NCBI GenBank assembly: GCA_934130175.1
Contig: CAKOXP010000006.1
Coordinates: forward strand, 8,868-72,867
Reading direction: 5' to 3'
Length of the DNA: 64,000 nt
Source: an uncultured Bacilli bacterium
GTDB lineage: Bacteria > Bacillota_I > Bacilli_A > RF39 > UBA660
Shown: positions 46,351-55,742 of the stretch, in pieces
Layout of the letters: each line of letters starts with the position of its first letter
Position numbering within the stretch: the stretch's first letter is position 1
Notes under the pieces: generated by a model
What the model saw: the letters and a program-made list of their open reading frames with translations, nothing else
What the model was told of the DNA's origin: nothing
Databases searched by the model: none
Made by a program: the position numbers and the translations under genes

Positions 46351-46872
46351 ATGAAAAAATTTATATTAGTTTTAATGTGTATTTTAGTTTTGACAGGATG
46401 TAGTTTGAAATCAACAAAAACAGGTAGTAAGAAAATAAATAGTTATGATAATAAATTTCAAGTAACAGTACCAGGAGATTGGACTACTTCCAAAAATAAA
46501 GGTGATTTAAATTCTTCTGCTAGCATTGAAGTACAAGATTCTGAAAAACAAAAATATATGATTGCAATCACTGAAGCTAAAGCCGATTTAGCAATGGACT
46601 TTCAAAAATATCAAGAAACTATCTTTAGTCAAAATGCAAAAAATTATGATACTGAATTTAAAGACATAAAAGATATTAATATTAACGGAAAAGCTTGTAA
46701 ATATGTTGATTTTAAAACAACACAAGAAACAGCAAATATTTATATGAGAATATATGCAGTTGAAACAAATAATTATTATAGTCAAATATTAATATGGACA
46801 ACTTATAGTCAAAAAGATGATGTACAAAAAGAATTTGATAATATCATCTCATCATTTAAAGAAGTTAAATAA
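46351..46872 (+). CDS. Lipoprotein, unknown function
   Basis: MKKFILVLMCILVLTGCS lipobox; AAAGGAG RBS; ATG 46351 preferred over GTG 46345. Confidence 0.7.
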   Translation: MKKFILVLMCILVLTGCSLKSTKTGSKKINSYDNKFQVTVPGDWTTSKNKGDLNSSASIEVQDSEKQKYMIAITEAKADLAMDFQKYQETIFSQNAKNYDTEFKDIKDININGKACKYVDFKTTQETANIYMRIYAVETNNYYSQILIWTTYSQKDDVQKEFDNIISSFKEVK

Positions 46873-46877
46873 CAATT

Positions 46878-46902
46878 AGGCATCAATATATGCCTTTTTT
46901 TT
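46878..46902 (+). terminator. Intrinsic terminator
   Basis: AGGCAT-CAATAT-ATGCCT followed by TTTTTTTT. Confidence 0.7.
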
Positions 46903-46926
46903 GCGCAAATAAAAATGTTATTATTT

Positions 46927-48180
46927 CTAGGAAATAATAACAGATCTTTTGCCAGTCGCATTATATATTTTCTCAACAGTATTCTTTGAAACAATCCATT
47001 TTGTTCTACCATCATCATGAGTCCATGGGTCAGTTATAATTTGTTCTTTAGTAATACTATTATACCCTGTTAGTAATAGAACATGAATATTTTTAGGTGC
47101 ATTTTCAATATATGGTTTTGGAGTCTTAATTTTAGCCGTCAAATAAATAACTACAGGATTACCAGCCTGTATTTGAGCATCTAATTCATCTAATGATTTA
47201 CCTGTCCCATCAATAACCCCATTATTCGAAGATGAATCACGACCATATTTAGCTAGAGGTTGTGGTGCAATCCAATGAGGAACATTAGTAGGCTCAATTC
47301 CATATATATCATATGTAAATCCACTAAATGGATCAGAACTTTTTGGAACATTTTCAGCATAAGTTTTTAAATCCATATTTCTTAAATAACCCTTATATTG
47401 TAATCCCATTAATAATGAAGCTACTTCACATCCATTTAAAACATTATTTTTATTCTGACTGATATATGGTACATCAAGAATAGTCCATGCTGCAGCAATC
47501 TGCCTTTTTCTTTCCTCTTCTTGTCTTTTTCTTTCTAATTCTTCCCTTCTAGAAAGTTCTGAATTAACTTTATCCAAATAAACTTGTTGTTCAGAAAAAA
47601 TATCTTTTTGTTTTAATCCCTGTTGTTTTACAACTGCACTATTATACATATCTCTTGTCACTTCAGGTTTTACCTCATTAAAAGTGGCATCAGTAAATAA
47701 TAAACTTATTGTTTGTTTCACATCATTAATCTGAAGAATTTGGTTATTCATTTCTTCTATTTTAGGACTTAATAACTTCTGATATTTTCTTGGAATTTTT
47801 TTATTTTTACTTTTTATCTCATCAAGTATAACAACAGTAGTATCTGAATTTAAAATATCATTAGTAAAGCTACTATTTATTTTATCCCTTAATAATACAA
47901 AATCTGTCAAACTACTTAATTCATTATCCATTTTCACTTTTTTATCATCATAAGCAATATTTGAAACTTGTTTTTTAACACTTTTGATTTCTTCCATAGT
48001 TAAATCAGAACGTGGTACAGATTTATTAGCAGTAGAAAATAATTTACGATATGATTTATATGTCATTTCATACTGTTTTTGTTGCATATTAATGACTTTT
48101 TTAGCACAAATAAAACAAGTAACCGAAAGTACTATACATAAAGAACCTAAAACTATACCTATTACTCTTTTCTTTTTCAT
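46927..48180 (-). CDS. Membrane-anchored peptidase C39-like (YvpB-like) cysteine protease
   Basis: N-terminal TM, coiled-coil EELERKRQEEERKRQ, then ILDVPYISQNKNNVLNGCEVASLLMGLQYKGY. Confidence 0.65.
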   Translation of the reverse strand: MKKKRVIGIVLGSLCIVLSVTCFICAKKVINMQQKQYEMTYKSYRKLFSTANKSVPRSDLTMEEIKSVKKQVSNIAYDDKKVKMDNELSSLTDFVLLRDKINSSFTNDILNSDTTVVILDEIKSKNKKIPRKYQKLLSPKIEEMNNQILQINDVKQTISLLFTDATFNEVKPEVTRDMYNSAVVKQQGLKQKDIFSEQQVYLDKVNSELSRREELERKRQEEERKRQIAAAWTILDVPYISQNKNNVLNGCEVASLLMGLQYKGYLRNMDLKTYAENVPKSSDPFSGFTYDIYGIEPTNVPHWIAPQPLAKYGRDSSSNNGVIDGTGKSLDELDAQIQAGNPVVIYLTAKIKTPKPYIENAPKNIHVLLLTGYNSITKEQIITDPWTHDDGRTKWIVSKNTVEKIYNATGKRSVIIS

Positions 48181-48276
48181 TTAAAACCTCTATACTCTCT
48201 ATTATCAGAATAATAAATACATATATTGATGTCAATAATTTTGAATAGTAATTAATAAAATTTACATTATGTTTAC

Positions 48277-48303
48277 AAAAAAAGAAATGTACATATACAT
48301 TTC
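48277..48303 (-). terminator. Intrinsic terminator after serS
   Basis: 8-bp stem GAAATGTA/TACATTTC followed by TTTTTTT on the minus strand. Confidence 0.7.
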
Positions 48304-48313
48304 AAAATTTATC

Positions 48314-49603
48314 CTATTTTTCTTTAGGTTTAATTACTTCTAATCCACCCATATATGGTTGTAAAACTTTTGGTACTTTAATAGAACCATCTTTTTGGTA
48401 GTTGTTTTCTATCACTCCAATTAATCCTCTTGGAGAAGCAACTACTGTGTTGTTTAAAGTTGAAACTAAATAATTTCCAGTTTTTCCTTTAGCACGAATT
48501 GATAAACGTCTTGCTTGAGCATCACCTAATGTTGAACATGAACCAACTTCAAAGTATGTTTTTTGTCTTGGACTCCAAGCTTCTACATCACATGATTTTA
48601 CCTTTAAATCAGCTAAATCACCTGAACAACATTCAAGAGTTCTGACAGGTACATCTAAGCTTCTAAAATATTCAACAGTATATTTCCACATTTTGTTATA
48701 CCAATCCATTGCATCTTCGCTCTTACATAAAACTACCATTTCTTCTTTTTCAAATTGATGAACACGGTAAAGTCCTCTTTCTTCAATTCCATGAGCACCA
48801 ACTTCTTTTCTGAAGCATGGAGAATATGATGTCATTGCGATTGGTAAGTCTTTCTCATCAATTAATTGTCCTTTAAATTTACCAATCATTGAATGTTCAC
48901 TTGTTCCAATTAAATATAAATCTTCATTTTCAATTTTATACATCATAGCATCCATCTCATCAAAAGACATAACACCATCAACAACATCACTACGAATCAT
49001 AAATGGTGGAATACAATAAGTAAAGCCTTTATCAATCATAAAATCTCTAGCATAAGCTATCATAGCTTCATGAAGTCTAGCAATATCTCCCATTAAATAG
49101 TAGAAACCATTACCAGATACTCTTCCTGCAGATTCTTTGTCTAATCCTCCCAATCTTTCAATGATATCAGCGTGATATGGAATCTCATAATCAGGAACAA
49201 CTGGCTCTCCAAATCTTTCATTTTCAACGTTGAAACTATCATCTCTTCCAATTGGAACAGATGGATCTAAAATATTTGGAATAACCATCATCTTTTCTTT
49301 CAAAGATTTTGTAAGTTCTTTTTCTTCTTCTTCTATTTTTTCTAACTTTTCATTTATTTCCACTACCTGTTGTTTTTTTAGATTTGCTTCTTCTTGCTTT
49401 TTTTCTCTAAATAGAACACCTATTTCATCACTAGTTTTATTTCTTTCTTGTCTTAAGCTGTCCCCCGTTTGTTTTAAGTTTCTAATCTTTTCGTCTAACT
49501 CAACAACCTCATCTACTAAAGGTAGTTTTTGATCTTGAAATTTTTTCTTAATATTTTCTTTTACTAATTCTTTATTTTCTCTTACAAATTTTATATCTAA
49601 CAT
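48314..49603 (-). CDS. serS: Seryl-tRNA synthetase
   Basis: N-terminal coiled-coil arm; class II motifs ...SPCFRKEVGAHG..., GSCSTLGDAQARRL. Confidence 0.92.
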   Translation of the reverse strand: MLDIKFVRENKELVKENIKKKFQDQKLPLVDEVVELDEKIRNLKQTGDSLRQERNKTSDEIGVLFREKKQEEANLKKQQVVEINEKLEKIEEEEKELTKSLKEKMMVIPNILDPSVPIGRDDSFNVENERFGEPVVPDYEIPYHADIIERLGGLDKESAGRVSGNGFYYLMGDIARLHEAMIAYARDFMIDKGFTYCIPPFMIRSDVVDGVMSFDEMDAMMYKIENEDLYLIGTSEHSMIGKFKGQLIDEKDLPIAMTSYSPCFRKEVGAHGIEERGLYRVHQFEKEEMVVLCKSEDAMDWYNKMWKYTVEYFRSLDVPVRTLECCSGDLADLKVKSCDVEAWSPRQKTYFEVGSCSTLGDAQARRLSIRAKGKTGNYLVSTLNNTVVASPRGLIGVIENNYQKDGSIKVPKVLQPYMGGLEVIKPKEK

Positions 49604-49605
49604 TA

Positions 49606-50532
49606 CTATCTCTCCTCTATTAATCTTTCTCCATTAACTCTAATTATTTTATTAATTTCTTCTTCATTATAATAATTTTTTAATATATTAGTCAAATCTT
49701 TCTTAATACTTTTATGATTTAATAAACTAATATCTTCATCTATATTAAATAATACTGTCGCAAACTCCATATTATCAGTAGCAATCATAACATTGTCAAT
49801 TCCAACAATACTTTCTACATGTTTAATATGATTCAAATAATTTTCTTCTAAATTTTTTTCATCTACATTTATAAAAGGACCATAACCAACCAAACCTATC
49901 ATCCCCGACAAATCTTTTATTGCCCTAATTTGTTCATCATCTAAATTTCTTTTATTTTGACATAATAAATAACTATTCGAGTGACTTGCGATTACCTTTA
50001 TCTTATAACCATCATTTTTTAACACATTAAGTAATTCTATACTATCCCAAAATGTATTTTTATTCATATGAGATAAATCTATTGAAATACCTAAACTAAC
50101 AGCCTTCTTAATAAAACTTTTACCTAAATCAGTTAAACCTTTACAAGATCTATTACCCGATCCATACTTATTTTCATTATTCCAAACAAGTAAAATATTT
50201 CTAAGACCCAAATCATAAAGTTTTTCTAACTCATCTTCATCTTTTATATAGTCACAACCCTCAATACTATAAATAACCAACTTATCAGGAAAGTACTTTT
50301 CAAATAAGTTGGTACTTATTTTGAACATTTCTAAAACATCAATACTTTCTATTTGTAACTCTTCTTTCATTTCAGCTTTACTCATGAAATAGAGATTGGC
50401 TATCAAAGAAGATACATCAGCTAAATCATCTTGTAATTTTTCAATATATGAAAAATCATTTTTTAAATAACAACAATAAAGAATTGTTAATAAATCATAA
50501 TGTGCATCAAACAAAATATCATCTCCTAACAA
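49606..50532 (-). CDS. Membrane-dipeptidase (peptidase M19)-like amidohydrolase
   Basis: FDAHYDLL, IDLSHMNKNTFWD, IASHSNS, GIDNVMIATDNMEF; TTG 50514 (8 nt after AGGAG) is a more likely start than TTG 50532. Confidence 0.6.
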   Translation of the reverse strand: MLGDDILFDAHYDLLTILYCCYLKNDFSYIEKLQDDLADVSSLIANLYFMSKAEMKEELQIESIDVLEMFKISTNLFEKYFPDKLVIYSIEGCDYIKDEDELEKLYDLGLRNILLVWNNENKYGSGNRSCKGLTDLGKSFIKKAVSLGISIDLSHMNKNTFWDSIELLNVLKNDGYKIKVIASHSNSYLLCQNKRNLDDEQIRAIKDLSGMIGLVGYGPFINVDEKNLEENYLNHIKHVESIVGIDNVMIATDNMEFATVLFNIDEDISLLNHKSIKKDLTNILKNYYNEEEINKIIRVNGERLIEER

Positions 50533-50722
50533 AAAAAGAATAGTACACCAAGGAGTGCTTACAGCACGGTACCATCCTTTTATTTTCTTAATTTAAATAA
50601 CGGAAATCATCCGGGAATTAATCCATCTATAGAGTAGACAAATAAGATTTTATAATTATTTTCACCAACCATAATCTCTCTTAAATAAAATTACTTATTA
50701 TTATCTCTAATTATTGATTTGT
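50531..50722 (-). promoter_or_regulatory. T-box riboswitch leader, probable Ser (UCU) specifier
   Basis: Minus strand AAAGGATGGTACCGTG (T-box, 50565-50580), then a helix and TTTTTTT (50531-37). Stem I has an AGAGA bulge and a GGTTGGTGAAA distal loop; the specifier loop UG-UCU-A has UCU at 50636-38. Confidence 0.75.
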
Positions 50723-50729
50723 CTTTATT

Positions 50730-50758
50730 ATTATATGCCTATTTTTAAATTTTAGCAA
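50730..50758 (-). promoter_or_regulatory. SigmaA-type promoter of the T-box leader
   Basis: Minus strand TTGCTA-17 nt-TATAAT immediately after the spoVS stop. Confidence 0.5.
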
Positions 50759-50761
50759 TAA

Positions 50762-51022
50762 TTATTTAGATTCTATTATAAGTTTTATGGCAGTACGTTC
50801 TTCTCCATCGATTGCAATATCAGAAAATGCTGGTATACATACTAAGTTTTTTCCAGAAGGTGCAACAAAACCCCTTGCGATTGCAATTGCCTTTATAGCC
50901 TGATTTAGGGCTCCTGCTCCTACTGCCTGAATCTCGACAGTTCCTTTTTCACGAAAGACATTTGCAAGAGCTCCTGCAACGCTATTTGGATTAGATTTAC
51001 TGCTTACTTTAAGTGTTTCCAT
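50762..51022 (-). CDS. spoVS: Stage V sporulation protein S
   Basis: METLKVSSKSNPNSVAGALANVFREKGTVEIQAVGAGALNQAIKAIAIARGF, 86 aa. Confidence 0.92.
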   Translation of the reverse strand: METLKVSSKSNPNSVAGALANVFREKGTVEIQAVGAGALNQAIKAIAIARGFVAPSGKNLVCIPAFSDIAIDGEERTAIKLIIESK

Positions 51023-51089
51023 ATATATTATTCATTCCTTTCTATGTTTAATATATATGTTTGTCACTTTTAGAAAATAACTAAAATAA

Positions 51090-52043
51090 TTAAACTGTCT
51101 TAGAAGATTTATTCATTTTTACTACTTCTTCTTTGATTTTTGGAATAAAAAGTTTTGCTTTTTCTTCATCGCTAATTCTAAAAGTATTAGAAAATAAATA
51201 TTTAGGATCTTCATCACCGTATTTATGTAGTTTTGCACACATTAGTATATTTATATCAAGAGGATGAAGATTATTATTTTTAAAATTATCCCTTACACCA
51301 TTTCTATTGGTAAAGCCTGTAGCCTCACCCGTTTTCATATACAAATCAATTGCATATACAGTATGATCATCGTTTCTTAGTAAATCATATTTTCTAACAG
51401 TTTGATAACAAGCATCATAAAATGAAGATGCCTTTTCATATAATCCACGCTTCTCTATTAAATTACAGAAATAGTCCATAGTCAAATTATCAGTATTACT
51501 TTCCATAATATTTTTTCTATTTTGATAAATAATTTCCTTGATTTTATTTTCACCAAGTTCTTGAGCTTTTTTTCTGGCTCCATTTTCACTTGTTATATAT
51601 GAAAATTCATTTCTAGCTGCATTTTGTAAAGCCATATAGCCTTGGTAAAAACCATATTTATAAATAGTAGTTTCAATAGCAGATTCTAACTTTTTAGAAT
51701 CAATTCCATCAAATTTTTCTACATTATTGGTTTTATCTTTTTTTTGTTTCAACTTATAATCATAATTCTCCTTTTCTCTTGCACTAGAAAATACGCCCTT
51801 GGCTTTTATAAATAAATTAGAACATTCTATAAATGTATTTTTAAATTCTTCATCAACAAAAACAATTTGATCAGGGTGCAAATATTTTTCTTTTTGTTTC
51901 ATTTCTTTTCTTATAGCATCAACTTTTAAGTTTGGATTTATATCATACAATTCATAATAATCTATATAATCACTATGTTCTTGTTTTTGATGAATATATT
52001 TCTGTAAATATTCATATATTTCTTTTTTAGTTTTCTCGCTCAT
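51090..52043 (-). CDS. J-domain-containing protein with uncharacterised C-terminal domain
   Basis: DYYELYDINPNLKVDAIRKEMKQKEKYLHPDQ (HPD tripeptide); start moved to MSEKTKK (ATG 52043). Confidence 0.55.
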   Translation of the reverse strand: MSEKTKKEIYEYLQKYIHQKQEHSDYIDYYELYDINPNLKVDAIRKEMKQKEKYLHPDQIVFVDEEFKNTFIECSNLFIKAKGVFSSAREKENYDYKLKQKKDKTNNVEKFDGIDSKKLESAIETTIYKYGFYQGYMALQNAARNEFSYITSENGARKKAQELGENKIKEIIYQNRKNIMESNTDNLTMDYFCNLIEKRGLYEKASSFYDACYQTVRKYDLLRNDDHTVYAIDLYMKTGEATGFTNRNGVRDNFKNNNLHPLDINILMCAKLHKYGDEDPKYLFSNTFRISDEEKAKLFIPKIKEEVVKMNKSSKTV

Positions 52044-52059
52044 TACTACACCACCATTA

Positions 52060-52971
52060 TTATTTATCTTGACTTTCAACAGCTGACTTAATTATATCTA
52101 CAGAATTCTGAAGTTTTTTTGTTTCCTCTTCTGTTAGGTTAATGTAAATTCTTTGCTTAATTCCTTCTCTTCCTACAACAGCAGGAGTACCCATATATAT
52201 ACCATTTTCACTATCATAATTTGAAACAGTAATTACTCTATTTTCATCTTCTAAAATAGCATTCGTAATCATCGCTAAAGTCATACCTATTCCATAATAA
52301 GTTGCACCTTTTTTATTAATTATTTCATAGGCTGCATTTTTAACTTCTTTTTCTATTTGTTCTAATTCATCTTTTTCAATGAATCCATCTATATCCTGTA
52401 AAGCAATGTCAGCACTAGACCATGGAACAAATTCTGAGTCACCATGTTCTCCAATTACATATGCATGAACACTTTTAGGATTAACATTTAACCTACTACC
52501 AACTAAATATTTAAGTCTTGCAGTATCAAGACTAGTTCCAGTACCAAATACTTTGTTTGTTTCAAAACCAGAATATTTCCACGTTAAATATGTCATTACA
52601 TCAAGTGGATTTGTTGCTACTAAAAAGACACCATTAAATCCACTTTCAACTATTGGAGTAACAATTGACTTAAAAATCTTACTATTTTTGTTAATTAAGT
52701 CCATTCTAGTTTCACCAGGTTTTTGATTAGCACCTGCTGCTATAACAACTAACGTTGCATCACCACAATCACTATATTCACCTGATTTTATATCAATCTT
52801 ACTTGGGGCAAAAGCAAGACAATGATTTAAATCCATTACTTCCCCCTCTACTCTATCTTTATCAATATCAATTAAAACTAGTTCATTAACATTAGTTCTT
52901 TGATTTAATAATGCATAAGCATAACTCATACCTACATTACCACATCCAACTAAAACAACTTTATTTTTCAT
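52060..52971 (-). CDS. ldh: L-lactate dehydrogenase
   Basis: KVVLVGCGNVGMSYAYAL, AAGANQKPGETRMDL, GTSLDTARL, IGEHGDSE. Confidence 0.9.
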   Translation of the reverse strand: MKNKVVLVGCGNVGMSYAYALLNQRTNVNELVLIDIDKDRVEGEVMDLNHCLAFAPSKIDIKSGEYSDCGDATLVVIAAGANQKPGETRMDLINKNSKIFKSIVTPIVESGFNGVFLVATNPLDVMTYLTWKYSGFETNKVFGTGTSLDTARLKYLVGSRLNVNPKSVHAYVIGEHGDSEFVPWSSADIALQDIDGFIEKDELEQIEKEVKNAAYEIINKKGATYYGIGMTLAMITNAILEDENRVITVSNYDSENGIYMGTPAVVGREGIKQRIYINLTEEETKKLQNSVDIIKSAVESQDK

Positions 52972-53068
52972 ATTTAATCCTCCCTATATTTTCTATCTAT
53001 ATATATTTTATACCTTTTTATCATTTTCAAACAAGAAAACAACATAAAAAAAAGAAGATTTTACTCTT

Positions 53069-54118
53069 CTAGACATTATTTGGATTAACTGGTTCAACTA
53101 CTGGTTGTGCTACATCAACAACGGCAACTTGAGCTTGAGGTTCAACACTAGGAACTGTAGGATTAACAACAGGTGTAACTTCTGGTTGAACTGGTGCAAC
53201 AACTTGCTCGATTTGTGGTTCATTTCCAGCTGCAATTTGGCTAGCTGCAGCTTGATTTATATCATTAATTGAAATAGATTGTGTGTTTTCTAAAGGATTT
53301 GCTCCTCCATATATTTGGTGTTGCTCAGTATCAACTATATCACTTTTTGCCACACTTGGACTTACTCCTCCATAAATTGAAACTGTCTGATTTACAGGTT
53401 CGGATACTACATTTGGTACTACTTGAGGCATTTCTGGTTCCACAGGTGTAACTTCTGGCATTGGTTGAGCAACTTCCGGTTGTACTGGTGCAACTTCTGG
53501 TACTGGTTGAGACATTTCTGATTGAACTGGTGCAACTTCTGGCACTGTTTGAGCCATTTCTGGTTGAACTGGTGCAACTTCTGGCATTGGTTGAGCCATT
53601 TCAGGTTGAACTGGTGCAACTTCTGGCATTGGTTGAGCCATTTCAGGTTGTACTGGTGCAGCCTCTGGCATTGGTTGAGCGATTTCTGGTTGTACTGGTG
53701 CAGCCTCTGGCATTGGTTGAGCAATTTCTGATTGTACTGGTGCAACTTCTGGCATTGGTTGAGCCATCTCTGGTTGAACTGGTGCAGCCTCTGGCATTGG
53801 TTGAGCTATTCCAGGCTCTACCGGTGTAGGTGTTGCAAACGCTACATTTGGCATCCCATCAGCTACAGGTTGTGTTGTAGGCATTGTATTAGGTATAGCT
53901 GTTGGAACTGCATTAGGATCAACTGCTACTGGACTAGGTTGACTAGACTCATTAACCATCTCTTTAGCACCCTCTATAGATTTTTCTTCTGCTTTACCTT
54001 TACCTGTTTTATTTTTCTTTCCAATTGTCGTTATAAAAATAATTAAAGCTATTATTAATAGTAATATACCACCAGTAATCAACATTCCCGGTATTGTACC
54101 AAACCAACTTAAGTCCAT
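53069..54118 (-). CDS. Membrane-anchored proline-rich repeat protein
   Basis: N-terminal TM GMLITGGILLLIIALIIFI; about 9.5 copies of AQPMPE(A/V)APVQPE(M/I). Confidence 0.7.
   Translation of the reverse strand: MDLSWFGTIPGMLITGGILLLIIALIIFITTIGKKNKTGKGKAEEKSIEGAKEMVNESSQPSPVAVDPNAVPTAIPNTMPTTQPVADGMPNVAFATPTPVEPGIAQPMPEAAPVQPEMAQPMPEVAPVQSEIAQPMPEAAPVQPEIAQPMPEAAPVQPEMAQPMPEVAPVQPEMAQPMPEVAPVQPEMAQTVPEVAPVQSEMSQPVPEVAPVQPEVAQPMPEVTPVEPEMPQVVPNVVSEPVNQTVSIYGGVSPSVAKSDIVDTEQHQIYGGANPLENTQSISINDINQAAASQIAAGNEPQIEQVVAPVQPEVTPVVNPTVPSVEPQAQVAVVDVAQPVVEPVNPNNV
53425..53825 (-). repeat. 42-bp in-frame tandem repeat array (about 9.5 units)
   Basis: Unit ggcattggttgagccatttctggttgaactggtgcaacttct with a few substitutions per copy. 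Confidence 0.9.
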
Positions 54119-54160
54119 ATTTATCTACTCCCTCTATCTTTATTCTATTAACATGATAAC

Positions 54161-54207
54161 AAAAAAAAGTGTCGATTACAAGATAATATTATCTTTTGAC
54201 ACTTTTT
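54161..54207 (-). terminator. Long intrinsic terminator after the rluA-family gene
   Basis: AAAAGTGTC...(inner palindrome AAGATAATATTATCTT)...GACACTTTT followed by T-run on the minus strand. Confidence 0.65.
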
Positions 54208-54872
54208 TACAATGTAAACTTTGACAAATATAAGTTACTTATCTTCCTATTTTCAAAAACCATGTTTTCTTTAGTAACAGGATGAATAAATTCTAATTTA
54301 TAGGCATATAAAGCTATTTGAGTTTTATCTTCCCTACCATATCTTTGATCTCCACATAAAGGATAACCACGAGAGGAAAATTGAACTCTTATTTGATGAT
54401 GCCTTCCTGTTATTAAATTTATTTCAACGAGCGTTTGTTTATCTTTTTTGTTATAAGCCAACACTTTATAATGTAGTTCTGAATATTTCCCATCGTCTTT
54501 TGTCGTTACAACTGTATTTCCATTATCTAGCTTTTTTAAATAATCAGAAAAAGTTCCATCACTTTTTTCTAAAATCCCATGAACTACTGCTAAATAAGTT
54601 TTCTTTAAAGTATGATTTCTAACTTCTTCTGAAAGTCTCGATGCAGCTTTAGAAGTTTTGGCAAAAACCATAATTCCACCAACTGGTCTATCTAATCTAT
54701 GGACAAGTCCCAAATAAACATTACCTGGTTTATTATATTTTTCCTTTATATACTTCTTTATAATTGTAAGCATATCAATATCTTTGGTACTATCTGCTTG
54801 ACTTAAAATATTAGCTTTTTTCTCTACAACTATAATATGGTTATCTTCGTAAAATATCTTTAAATTATTCAT
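54207..54872 (-). CDS. RluA-family pseudouridine synthase
   Basis: HRLDRPVGGIMVFAKT, GRHHQIRVQF; ATG 54872 overlaps the upstream stop (ATGAATAA), so that start is preferred over 54899. Confidence 0.85.
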   Translation of the reverse strand: MNNLKIFYEDNHIIVVEKKANILSQADSTKDIDMLTIIKKYIKEKYNKPGNVYLGLVHRLDRPVGGIMVFAKTSKAASRLSEEVRNHTLKKTYLAVVHGILEKSDGTFSDYLKKLDNGNTVVTTKDDGKYSELHYKVLAYNKKDKQTLVEINLITGRHHQIRVQFSSRGYPLCGDQRYGREDKTQIALYAYKLEFIHPVTKENMVFENRKISNLYLSKFTL

Positions 54873-55737
54873 TTTCTTCCCATCTTCCATAAATTCCACA
54901 TGGAAGAGTTAAATTATTATTTTTAATAGGAAGACCTATTTCTCCACAACTAATCTTACCATGATGCTTTTTTTCCACATGAATTGTTAATAAATTTCTC
55001 AAAACTTCAGAAGACAAACCAGTAGTATAAGAATTAATCAAAAAGAATAGTGGCTTATCACTTAAAATTTCACTGCAAAGTTCAATCAAATTATTTAAAT
55101 CTTTTTCAATATCCCAAACTTCACCATTGCTTCCCCTACCATAACTTGGAGGATCCATTATAATTGCATCATACTTATTTCCACGTCTAATTTCTCTCTT
55201 GACAAACTTTACAACATCATCAATTAAATATCTAATATTTTCACCTTGAAAATTATTAGACTTAACATTTTCTTTACACCAATCAACCATTCCACGTGAT
55301 GAGTCAACATGTGTTACAAATGCGTTTTCAGACAAACAAGCAATAGTTGCTCCTCCCGTATAAGCAAATAAATTTAGAACTTTAATCTTACGATTACTAT
55401 TTTTAATTTTATTTCTCATAAAATCCCAATTATAAGCTTGTTCAGGGAAAAGTCCTGTATGTTTAAATCCCATTTGCTTAATATTGAATTTTAAATCATT
55501 GTAATTAATCAACCAATTATTAGGTAAGGTCTTTAAATTCTCCCAATGTCCTCCACCTTTATTATTTCTATGATAAATAGCATGTATCTTACCTTTATAC
55601 TTTTCTTCTAAGTTTCCATTATCCCAAATTATTTGTGGATCTGGTCTCAGTAAGTAAATATTTTTCCATCTTTCATATTTCATCCCATTAGATGCATCTA
55701 TTATTTCATAATCTTTCCAATTATTTGCGATAACCAT
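54865..55737 (-). CDS. Class I SAM-dependent rRNA methyltransferase (RlmI/RlmK-like)
   Basis: VLNLFAYTGGATIA, THVDSS, IIMDPPSYGRG. Confidence 0.8.
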   Translation of the reverse strand: MVIANNWKDYEIIDASNGMKYERWKNIYLLRPDPQIIWDNGNLEEKYKGKIHAIYHRNNKGGGHWENLKTLPNNWLINYNDLKFNIKQMGFKHTGLFPEQAYNWDFMRNKIKNSNRKIKVLNLFAYTGGATIACLSENAFVTHVDSSRGMVDWCKENVKSNNFQGENIRYLIDDVVKFVKREIRRGNKYDAIIMDPPSYGRGSNGEVWDIEKDLNNLIELCSEILSDKPLFFLINSYTTGLSSEVLRNLLTIHVEKKHHGKISCGEIGLPIKNNNLTLPCGIYGRWEENE

Positions 55738-55742
55738 ATAAT

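Noticed and set aside
53425-53825. Regularly spaced 42-bp repeats considered as a CRISPR array
   Set aside because: The units are contiguous with no unique spacers, are in frame within a CDS, and no cas genes or leader are present.
53419-54046. Four extra ORFs in other frames or strands across the proline-rich gene (53419..53745, 53461..53829, 53522..53731, 53732..54046)
   Set aside because: This is an artefact of the 42-bp tandem repeat, which lacks stop codons in all frames. Only the 53069..54118 frame has a start, a TM anchor and continuity outside the repeat.
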